Virus record (IMG/VR): IMGVR_UViG_3300021964_000288
Location: 1-31,994 of that record
Direction: 5' to 3' (one strand)
Source of the DNA: a virus
Taxonomy: Duplodnaviria > Caudoviricetes
Length of the DNA: 31,994 bases
In this document: piece by piece, positions 25,431-31,994 of the stretch
Numbering within the stretch: the first letter of the stretch is position 1
How the letters are laid out: each line of letters opens with the position of its first letter
Made by a program: the position numbers and the translations under genes
Notes under the pieces: generated by a model
Seen by the model: the letters and a program-made list of their open reading frames with translations, nothing else
Told to the model about the DNA's origin: nothing
The model's database searches: none

Positions 25431-25705
25431 TTGATGTCGGTAAAGAGCTAGAGAGCTATCGAGCCTGGTTCGACAAAGTAGATCCAGCAGCTCCAGAAGG
25501 TTACAAAAAACATTTAATTTCTACATACATGACTGGAGAGTCACCCTTTTGTAAAAGTCAAGAGCAATACGAAGATAAGAAAAAACTAGGCGGACTTTTA
25601 GCAGATCTATATCTGATGGATGTTATCTGGACTCAACACTATGATGCAGCTGCTTGTGGTAGCTTGGATAAATACCTGGCTAAAGGTAAATATAAAACCA
25701 TTTGA
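25427..25705 (+). CDS. Hypothetical protein
   Basis: GGAG SD; 92 aa. Confidence 0.65.
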   Translation: MIDVGKELESYRAWFDKVDPAAPEGYKKHLISTYMTGESPFCKSQEQYEDKKKLGGLLADLYLMDVIWTQHYDAAACGSLDKYLAKGKYKTI

Positions 25706-25730
25706 CATGATAGCAGCAATAGCTAATATT
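25702..25730 (+). promoter_or_regulatory. Sigma70-type promoter with operator (copy 3) ahead of the recombination genes
   Basis: TTGACA-TGA-TAGC-AGCAATA-GCTA-ATATT. Confidence 0.7.
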
Positions 25731-25751
25731 CTCACAAAGGAAGCAAATTAA

Positions 25752-26630
25752 ATGGATGATTTTAAATTTGTAGCTGATTACTGGTTAAAACATGGTCTTA
25801 ATCATTTATCACCTACACAAAAAAATAAACCACTATGCGGATGGTGGTATGAGTATGTTTACAAAGACCAGGAATGGAGAAGAAAGAAAAAACCCAATGC
25901 TAAAATGTTAGCGGGAGTATCCGCACAAATTGGATGGGATAATTTCGCACTCTTTGATAAATCGATTGATGAGTCTGTAGATCTAGCAGTCCAGGATTAT
26001 CAAAAAAGAAAAGGTAATTTCATTGATGATGAAAAAGAAATGAAACAATTTGAGGTAAACCTGGAAGCTATTCCCGCAACAGTTAAAAATTATATCCAGG
26101 CGTTAAAAGATTTAGAAATCAAAAAATATAAAACCATTAACAGTGAGCGGTATGTTAATTACTGGATGGATGGTATTGAAATTCCTTGGACTGGTCGTAC
26201 CGATATGGAAACAGATGAATTTTTTATAGAAGCAAAAACTAAATGGCAAAGACGAGGTGGTAAACCTCGAAAAGATGGTACTTACAATTATGGCAAGGTG
26301 GCAATACCTCAAGAACCAGAGAAGGCACACATTGACCAGGTATCTTTTTACCGAGCAGCTACCAATAAGCCAGGCTATTTAATTTATGCAACACCTTATG
26401 AATATAAAGTTTTCAGCACTAGTCAGTCCTCCGCTTTAAGTGCTGAAGCTAGTGAGAGCTGTATGAAAGATTTTTATCGTACAGCTCTTACAAGGCAAAA
26501 CCTGGTTAAACTATCGGATGATGCGGAGTACATCGCTAAAAATTTTATACAGCCAGATTTTAATAACATTAATTATTTTGGTTATACCGAAGAAGAATTA
26601 CAGGAGGTAAAAAACTTTTATGGTCGCTAA
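25752..26630 (+). CDS. PD-(D/E)XK exonuclease (RecB/Cas4-like superfamily)
   Basis: HLSPTQ, GRTD...IEAKTK, QVSFY motifs. Confidence 0.75.
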   Translation: MDDFKFVADYWLKHGLNHLSPTQKNKPLCGWWYEYVYKDQEWRRKKKPNAKMLAGVSAQIGWDNFALFDKSIDESVDLAVQDYQKRKGNFIDDEKEMKQFEVNLEAIPATVKNYIQALKDLEIKKYKTINSERYVNYWMDGIEIPWTGRTDMETDEFFIEAKTKWQRRGGKPRKDGTYNYGKVAIPQEPEKAHIDQVSFYRAATNKPGYLIYATPYEYKVFSTSQSSALSAEASESCMKDFYRTALTRQNLVKLSDDAEYIAKNFIQPDFNNINYFGYTEEELQEVKNFYGR

Positions 26631-26829
26631 TATAATACCACTCGAACCATTTTTAAACTCGCTAGAGATAGAGGATGAATACAAAATTTATCCTTTAGTA
26701 AAAATGAAAAGAAGAAAACAAAAAGAAAGAGAATTAACACATCAATGCCGATGTCGTTTAAGACTCAGAGAAAAACAAAATATGAAATATGTATGGTTTC
26801 ATATCAAGATAGGAACTGATCTATCATGA
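26620..26829 (+). CDS. Hypothetical protein
   Basis: GGAGGT upstream; overlaps both neighbours. Confidence 0.5.
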   Translation: MVANIIPLEPFLNSLEIEDEYKIYPLVKMKRRKQKERELTHQCRCRLRLREKQNMKYVWFHIKIGTDLS

Positions 26830-27365
26830 AAATTATTAGTGCAGTAGAAGCTAAAAGAAGAAAGCTAACTAGGTATTATACTGGTGTTCCTTGTGTTCAT
26901 GGTCATTTAACAGAAAGAGTAACAAGAAATAGACGCTGTTTAGAATGTACCAGGATTGACGATAGAAAGAAAAAATCATCATTAAAATATAAAATGAATG
27001 AAAAAAATATTTTACGTCAAAGAAAAAGAGATATGAAAAAGTTTGATATAAAAACTTTTGGTGAGGAGTCTGTAAAGGCTATACCTGGAGTTCCTCAATT
27101 AAGAAAGAAACTTTATGAAACTTTAGATCCAAGGACTGGTCAGTTTATTGATTATGTTCACAATGAACCCATGACATTTATACCAAATGATCCAATGGTT
27201 ATTTCTTTTGATCGTCTAGATAATAACAAACCCCACACGATAGATAATCTTAGATGTGTCAGTTGGATGACTAACAACATTAGACAAAAATGGAAATCTA
27301 AACATATTATTAATGTTGGATTTGATACAAGAAAAATAGAAAAACAATTAGAAAGGAACTTATGA
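26826..27365 (+). CDS. His-Me/HNH-like endonuclease with N-terminal Zn-binding module
   Basis: YYTGVPCVHGH...RCLEC and SFDRLDNNKPHTIDNLRCVSWMTN. Confidence 0.65.
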   Translation: MKIISAVEAKRRKLTRYYTGVPCVHGHLTERVTRNRRCLECTRIDDRKKKSSLKYKMNEKNILRQRKRDMKKFDIKTFGEESVKAIPGVPQLRKKLYETLDPRTGQFIDYVHNEPMTFIPNDPMVISFDRLDNNKPHTIDNLRCVSWMTNNIRQKWKSKHIINVGFDTRKIEKQLERNL

Positions 27366-28000
27366 GTATACAAGATAAATTAAAAGCAGCTATCGCAGTT
27401 TATGAAAAAGATTTTCAAAAGAATGCGATGACAGTAAGAGGTGGAAAGAAATACGGAACAGTCAATCAAAGATTAAAAGCCTTTAGAATGTATTTTCCCG
27501 ATGCAGCTATTACTGTTGATGTTGTTAAGAATGATAAAGTCAAAGTAAAGAACCTGGAAACAGAAGTAGTCGTCATGAAATGCTCTATTAGCATTGATGG
27601 AAAAACTGTTTCAACAGGGATAGCGGAGGAGTTCCGAGAAGGATCTGCTCCTGTGAATTTAACAAGTTTTTGGGAGGTTTGCGAAACCAGTGCGATTGGT
27701 CGTAGCCTTGCCAATTTAGGTTTTAGCGGACAGGAGTTTGCATCTTATGATGAGATACAAATAGCGGAAGCTAAAAGCCAGACGATACAAAACTCTGGCA
27801 CAACAGCGGATAAGTTTACAGAATTTACTGCTGCAATAGATCAAGCAAAACATATCGGTCATTTAACACAAACAGCATCTCAGTTTAAAGACTGGATCAA
27901 TAGTTTAAATGAAGAAGATAAAAACAAAGCAAGATCTATTTATAACAATAAACAAAAACAAATGAATGAACTCAAGAAAGGAAAACACTTACATGAGTAG
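27362..28000 (+). CDS. Putative single-strand annealing protein (Rad52/Sak-like)
   Basis: KYGTVNQRLKAFR...EVCETSAIGRSLANLGF...FASYDE; sits between exonuclease and SSB-like genes. Confidence 0.6.
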   Translation: MSIQDKLKAAIAVYEKDFQKNAMTVRGGKKYGTVNQRLKAFRMYFPDAAITVDVVKNDKVKVKNLETEVVVMKCSISIDGKTVSTGIAEEFREGSAPVNLTSFWEVCETSAIGRSLANLGFSGQEFASYDEIQIAEAKSQTIQNSGTTADKFTEFTAAIDQAKHIGHLTQTASQFKDWINSLNEEDKNKARSIYNNKQKQMNELKKGKHLHE

Positions 28001-28277
28001 AGTATATTTAAATATGTTCCCAGGGGATGACCTCAAGGGATCAATGACATCCTGGGGAAAAAAACCCCTGGCATCTTCTCACAAGGAAGGTTTTACACCT
28101 CAAGAAGATATTGTTTTAAAAGCTGGTCAGCCATACAAATTAACACTATGGCAAGGTACTACAAAAAATACTGGATATCCTACAGTGTCTTTAGCGGTGG
28201 AAGAATGGCAGCCATTTACAGGCGGCAGCTCTAACAATGCTGAAGGTAATACTGGATCGGATGACGCTCCGTTTTAG
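27993..28277 (+). CDS. Putative ssDNA-binding protein
   Basis: Acidic C-terminal tail DDAPF after Gly/Asn linker; AAGGA SD before ATG 27993. Confidence 0.6.
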   Translation: MSRVYLNMFPGDDLKGSMTSWGKKPLASSHKEGFTPQEDIVLKAGQPYKLTLWQGTTKNTGYPTVSLAVEEWQPFTGGSSNNAEGNTGSDDAPF

Positions 28278-28279
28278 TC

Positions 28280-28441
28280 ATGAAAGATCAAAAGACTCTA
28301 AAACAATACACCAGGGGTGAGATCTTAAACAAAGAAGAAAGAGCCAGGAAGAAGTACAGACGTTATTTAGAGCGTTATGTTCTTCACCCTGGTTTCTTTT
28401 CTAATAAAAATTCAGTGGAGGAAGAATGCCAGAACAAATAA
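28280..28441 (+). CDS. 53-aa hypothetical protein (not in ORF track)
   Basis: MKDQKTLKQYTRGEIL...ECQNK fills the gap between neighbours. Confidence 0.5.
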   Translation: MKDQKTLKQYTRGEILNKEERARKKYRRYLERYVLHPGFFSNKNSVEEECQNK

Positions 28442-28677
28442 ATCCCGATCACTACAAAGATAAATTAATAGAAACCTTTGATGCTATTGTTAGTCAATTA
28501 ACACCGATTGAAGTTGTTGGATTTTTAAGAGGTCAAATTATGAAATACACAATGAGATTAGGTAGTAAACATGGAGGAACAGTAGAAGCGAAGTTAATGG
28601 ATGCTGGAAAAGCTGATTGGTACAATAATAAATTAATGCAATATCTAAATGACTATAAAGATAAATTAGATGGCTAG
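28426..28677 (+). CDS. DUF3310 family protein
   Basis: INPDHYK...ETFDAI...GFLRGQIMKYTMR...KADWY. Confidence 0.8.
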   Translation: MPEQINPDHYKDKLIETFDAIVSQLTPIEVVGFLRGQIMKYTMRLGSKHGGTVEAKLMDAGKADWYNNKLMQYLNDYKDKLDG

Positions 28678-29050
28678 GTGGAATTACTTTAACCAGGGGG
28701 ATCATTACTCTGAATGGCATCGTCAATATGAAGGTATTGCGATGATTGATGTAGACTCAGTAGAGTGTTGCAAAGTTTGTTATGAACCCCTAGCTATAAT
28801 AGAAGTAGCGATGGACAAAGGTCAAGACAAAGCCTATACCCTAGTTAAAAAGATTGCTGATAAGATGCAGCTCCCAGGTTTCGTTGTATTGTATACAGTC
28901 CAGGAAGAAAAGATTACCCAGTTTAGAATTAGACGAGTCAGTCCAGAAGTTTCAAAAACCTATAGAACAGCAGATCCAGAGCTATGGTTAGCCTGGTTAA
29001 GAAGTTTGCAAGGTCAATGTAAAAGCTGTAGTCTAGATGTAGAATGGTAA
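28670..29050 (+). CDS. Conserved phage protein, possible restriction-endonuclease-like fold
   Basis: YSEWHR...IDVD..ECC..C.EPLAIIE. Confidence 0.55.
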   Translation: MARWNYFNQGDHYSEWHRQYEGIAMIDVDSVECCKVCYEPLAIIEVAMDKGQDKAYTLVKKIADKMQLPGFVVLYTVQEEKITQFRIRRVSPEVSKTYRTADPELWLAWLRSLQGQCKSCSLDVEW

Positions 29051-29226
29051 AATTTATTTTATGGATAACAATGTGTGCGAATGGAACTTGTTCTAATTTA
29101 AATGCTACTTTTAAAACAGCTTATGAATGCCAGGAAGCATCAAAGAATGTCTTAACTATTATGCAGCAGAATAATATAGAAGATTTTGTTATCTATTGTG
29201 AAAAGAAAAAAACAATTCCAAGTTAG
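29044..29226 (+). CDS. Small Cys-containing, possibly exported protein
   Basis: Hydrophobic N-terminus, four Cys. Confidence 0.55.
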   Translation: MVKFILWITMCANGTCSNLNATFKTAYECQEASKNVLTIMQQNNIEDFVIYCEKKKTIPS

Positions 29227-29425
29227 AGGAAAAAAATTTCAGCATAGCCTGGAGCTGCACCCCTGTGATGTCTGTACCAGGGAGTGGTTGGAGGTTAATT
29301 TAATACCGATTACCTACTCTGGATCTAAATATCCTAAATATGAGTGTTTTGCCTGTTTTAACCTCAAAAATACCCTCAAAAAATCCATTTTAAGACGTTC
29401 TCAGAGCGTTTTAAAGACTCTCTAG
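29186..29425 (+). CDS. Small Zn-finger-like protein (start uncertain)
   Basis: CDVC...CFAC. Confidence 0.5.
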   Translation: MLSIVKRKKQFQVRGKKFQHSLELHPCDVCTREWLEVNLIPITYSGSKYPKYECFACFNLKNTLKKSILRRSQSVLKTL

Positions 29426-29432
29426 TATAATC

Positions 29433-29813
29433 TTATTCGGTTATTTTAATACTAAATCTCGGTATCTTTTTAATATGATCTCTACGCAGTCGAATGTTTA
29501 ACATTTTGTTTAAACAATCATCCTGGTAGAAGTTTTGGAGCTGATAGATTAGCTCTACCAATTTAGCATCTGCTTTGTTGTGAGTGATATAAATTATATC
29601 TTTATGACTCGGAACTCTATCGGTGGTATTTGATCCCCAGTAATTATCAAACGCAGCTCCTGTCTTACTGGTGACACCAATGTAATATTCCCCCGTCTTA
29701 TAGAAAGTCTTATAGACTTTATAGACTGGTCGTTTCTTTACTTTCTTCTTTTTCTTTTTTACGGATCGCACCACAGTCAATACAAGTCCAAACATCCAGG
29801 TACTTATCACCAA
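29433..29813 (-). CDS. GIY-YIG-like endonuclease (Seg-type); true start probably downstream of 29813
   Basis: VYKTFYKTGEYYIGVTS...NYWGS...KLVE...CLN. Confidence 0.55.
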   Translation of the reverse strand: MVISTWMFGLVLTVVRSVKKKKKKVKKRPVYKVYKTFYKTGEYYIGVTSKTGAAFDNYWGSNTTDRVPSHKDIIYITHNKADAKLVELIYQLQNFYQDDCLNKMLNIRLRRDHIKKIPRFSIKITE

Positions 29814-29916
29814 TGCAAGGATACTTCTCGCACTCTGGACAGATTTTTAATTGAGATTTTTTTTTATATTCTTCTCGTTCCTGGATACTCTTTTTAGACC
29901 AGTCGTACCAGTGCAT
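29719..29916 (-). CDS. Zn-ribbon protein
   Basis: CPEC...CIDC. Confidence 0.55.
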   Translation of the reverse strand: MHWYDWSKKSIQEREEYKKKSQLKICPECEKYPCIGDKYLDVWTCIDCGAIRKKEKEESKETTSL

Positions 29917-30053
29917 TAAAATATTTTATTTAGAACAACGAGAACAATCATTAGAGCTGCAAAGAAAATAAATTTCTTTAATGGACTTGCATCTTTAAAC
30001 CAGGCAATCCATTCATCTACTTTCTCAATAGCTTTGTACGCATATTTTTCCAT
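29916..30053 (-). CDS. 45-aa membrane protein (not in ORF track)
   Basis: AGGAG SD; MEKYAYKAIEKVDEWIAWFKDASPLKKFIFFAALMIVLVVLNKIF. Confidence 0.65.
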   Translation of the reverse strand: MEKYAYKAIEKVDEWIAWFKDASPLKKFIFFAALMIVLVVLNKIF

Positions 30054-30061
30054 GTTATCTC

Positions 30062-30448
30062 CTATTTTTTAAATTTCTTGATAGCAAGATCAGTAATCTT
30101 AATACCAAAAGAACTAGCTATAGCAGCCATGAGTGCATAAATATACCAATCTGGTAGGCTATTCAAGGTATCAAATCCTTCTTTTAGTTTAGCTACCCAC
30201 TCTGGTTTGTTAGCAAAGATAGAAATAAAAACAATCACCAGGGGAATACTTAATAGAACAGTAAACCATTCATCTCTCCAGGAGTCTTTCATATTCTTTT
30301 GAGCTGCTATTTCAAAATCTATTTTACCTTCAGCCATTTTCATGGCATGAGTCTGCTCTGCTTTTGCCAGTAGCTTCTTTGTTTCTGTCTTTGTTTTAAC
30401 TACGTCAATAGCTCCTTTAGCGACAGTACCTAGTAATGACCAAATCAT
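30062..30448 (-). CDS. Putative holin (3TM/GTA-type)
   Basis: SWRDEWFTVLLSIP TM, LPDWY..ALMAAIASSFG TM, basic C-terminus; ATGA overlap start at 30448. Confidence 0.65.
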   Translation of the reverse strand: MIWSLLGTVAKGAIDVVKTKTETKKLLAKAEQTHAMKMAEGKIDFEIAAQKNMKDSWRDEWFTVLLSIPLVIVFISIFANKPEWVAKLKEGFDTLNSLPDWYIYALMAAIASSFGIKITDLAIKKFKK

Positions 30449-30759
30449 TTCTTTATTGGTGAGTCTAAAGTACACTCACCCTCCTCTGAAACGTACAATA
30501 ATCTCACACCTAATTCTTTTTGTAAAGGAGTAGGTGATCGATAAATAAAGTTATTTTGGGAGTTTACTCTCCTACCACTCTTACGATAACTGGAGGATTT
30601 AACATCGACTAATAAAACTTGTTTTGTTTCTGGATCATAACAGCAAAAATCTATAGGGGATTGAACTGCTTTTTTAGCGTAGACAATGTAGCCTTGTTGA
30701 GTGAGCCAAAGCTCTGCAGCCATTTCGGATTGAAAGCCTTTTAATATTCGCTTATCCAC
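30445..30759 (-). CDS. Small PD-(D/E)XK nuclease (Hjc/resolvase-like)
   Basis: G..SE..AELWL...GY.V...PIDF...VDVKS. Confidence 0.7.
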   Translation of the reverse strand: MDKRILKGFQSEMAAELWLTQQGYIVYAKKAVQSPIDFCCYDPETKQVLLVDVKSSSYRKSGRRVNSQNNFIYRSPTPLQKELGVRLLYVSEEGECTLDSPIKK

Positions 30760-30784
30760 AGGATAATCATAATGATTTATCTGT

Positions 30785-31024
30785 TTATTTTAAGCCAAAA
30801 AATTTTGTAAAGAGAGCGATAGCGGCAATAATGATACCGCCAAAGAGAGCTATGGCACGAATACCACCAGCTCCCATGTTCATGCGTTTGTTAAGATCGG
30901 CAATATCTTTTGATTGCCTTTCTACTGTGTCTGATATGTGATTTATTTTTTCTTGCATAACATTAACCTGGGTAATTAACACCTCAATCTTTTTTGCGGT
31001 AGTTAATTTGGCTAAGTTAGGCAT
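30785..31024 (-). CDS. Coiled-coil protein with C-terminal TM helix
   Basis: Heptads followed by GIRAIALFGGIIIAAIALF. Confidence 0.65.
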   Translation of the reverse strand: MPNLAKLTTAKKIEVLITQVNVMQEKINHISDTVERQSKDIADLNKRMNMGAGGIRAIALFGGIIIAAIALFTKFFGLK

Positions 31025-31026
31025 CT

Positions 31027-31191
31027 TTATGCAGCTTCGCTAGGTTTCTTTTGATATTTTAGTTCCATATTTTCAGCTCTGAGAGCCTGGCTTTTAGCTT
31101 TTTCAGCTTCTAACATATCTAAAATCATGTGGTAATTCTTCTTCATTTCTTTGTACTCTTTTTCAATGGAGTGTGCTTCCGATGCAGTCAT
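31027..31191 (-). CDS. Coiled-coil hypothetical protein (start likely ATG 31191)
   Basis: AAAGGA SD before MTASEAH. Confidence 0.55.
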   Translation of the reverse strand: MTASEAHSIEKEYKEMKKNYHMILDMLEAEKAKSQALRAENMELKYQKKPSEAA

Positions 31192-31253
31192 GTCTTTTCC
31201 TTTCAATAAATTGTGATGTAAAGGATCTATATTATATTCATGATTATTCAACA

Positions 31254-31478
31254 TCAAGATTTTTTCCTAATTGATTTAATAAATTCATATTCCTTACCAT
31301 TGATAACCTTAATATCAATCTCAGCTTCTACCTCTCCACACATAATCTGAGCATCTCTCATATTACGTTCCATAATTCGTTTATTCTTTAGGCACTCACT
31401 TACAGAGTCCTGGATCGTATGTTCTATTAATGCACCTTGGCTAAATAAACATAATGCTAATACTGTTTTAATGACCAT
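31254..31478 (-). CDS. Hypothetical protein
   Basis: LIEHT...SECLKNKR...CGEV; overlaps upstream gene. Confidence 0.65.
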   Translation of the reverse strand: MVIKTVLALCLFSQGALIEHTIQDSVSECLKNKRIMERNMRDAQIMCGEVEAEIDIKVINGKEYEFIKSIRKKS

Positions 31479-31824
31479 TGGCTCTAATTTTATCCTTTAA
31501 AGCCTCTATATCTGATAAGGCTTTTTCCATATCTGTTTGTAATCTCATAATATTAACCTTGTTATGTGCCATGTTTTCTAAATCTTCTACAACACCTTCT
31601 ACTTGACCAGAGATAAACTCCAGGAGCATGAACTGTTCTTGGTCTACTGGTGTTTGATCTGCAGCTTTTACCAGGTCTGCTTCGAATAAAGTTTGCCTAG
31701 TTTCAATAGTGTTAAGTCTTTCCAGGATGCCAAAGTAGGAATAAACACCCATTCCCACCGATGCAACAATCGCAATAAGATTTCTGATCGGCATCCCAAT
31801 CGTAGTCTTATCGCTTATTTCCAT
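31468..31824 (-). CDS. Membrane-anchored coiled-coil protein
   Basis: MPIRNLIAIV..TM..PVDQEQFMLLE. Confidence 0.7.
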   Translation of the reverse strand: MEISDKTTIGMPIRNLIAIVASVGMGVYSYFGILERLNTIETRQTLFEADLVKAADQTPVDQEQFMLLEFISGQVEGVVEDLENMAHNKVNIMRLQTDMEKALSDIEALKDKIRANGH

Positions 31825-31826
31825 TG

Positions 31827-31994
31827 TTAAGGTTTAGGATTATCTGCTTTGACTTGTGCTACTGCATCACTCCAAGTTGTAGTGCCATTAACACTATCCC
31901 AGTATTGCATATCTAACTGGTCTTGGATTGACGGATAAGCACTGGCTCTATCTCTTTGATACTCATTGTTGTTATACTCAGTTTGTAATAAGGC
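31827..31994 (-). CDS. 3' part of a tail-fibre-associated protein, enters from the right edge
   Basis: ...EYQRDRASAYPSIQDQLDMQYWDSVNGTTTWSDAVAQVKADNPKP*. Confidence 0.7.
   Translation of the reverse strand, partial: ALLQTEYNNNEYQRDRASAYPSIQDQLDMQYWDSVNGTTTWSDAVAQVKADNPKP

Noticed and set aside
25752-26630. Cas4-like nuclease as evidence of a CRISPR system
   Set aside because: No Fe-S cysteine cluster, array or other cas genes; context is phage recombination
23118-28726. Minus-strand ORFs in the early arm (23118, 23520, 23937, 26112, 27158, 27466, 28538)
   Set aside because: Antisense to tightly packed plus-strand genes with strong SD sequences
30752-30760. Perfect DnaA box TTATCCACA over the GTG start of the nuclease gene
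   Set aside because: Single copy far from the iterons; one occurrence in 32 kb of AT-rich DNA is plausible by chance

Overview
Near-complete genome segment of an AT-rich marine-type podophage whose gene content resembles HTVC010P-type pelagiphages; the alphaproteobacterial host is an inference. The minus strand (1-22750) carries a T7-like virion module: tail fibre, three large internal/ejection proteins, pesticin-like muramidase, GNAT, tail tubular A/B, major capsid, scaffold, portal, TerL and TerS. It also carries a lambda-O-like HTH replication initiator with internal iterons and a Cro-like repressor. A divergent plus-strand arm (22894-29425) holds small early genes behind three near-identical promoter/operator units, then a PD-(D/E)XK exonuclease, HNH-like nuclease, annealase-like protein, SSB-like protein and DUF3310. 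A minus-strand lysis/membrane cassette runs from 29433 to the right edge. No DNA polymerase, RNA polymerase, helicase, integrase, tRNA or CRISPR was seen. Main observations: (1) three consecutive small basic proteins after the capsid gene, two absent from the ORF track, all end in KTMIG; (2) an 1167-aa ejection-cluster protein carries ParB-like and zeta-toxin-like kinase domains; (3) a multi-hairpin RNA leader precedes the capsid gene; (4) GAWTC appears absent and CCWGG over-represented. All calls are by eye, without database searches.
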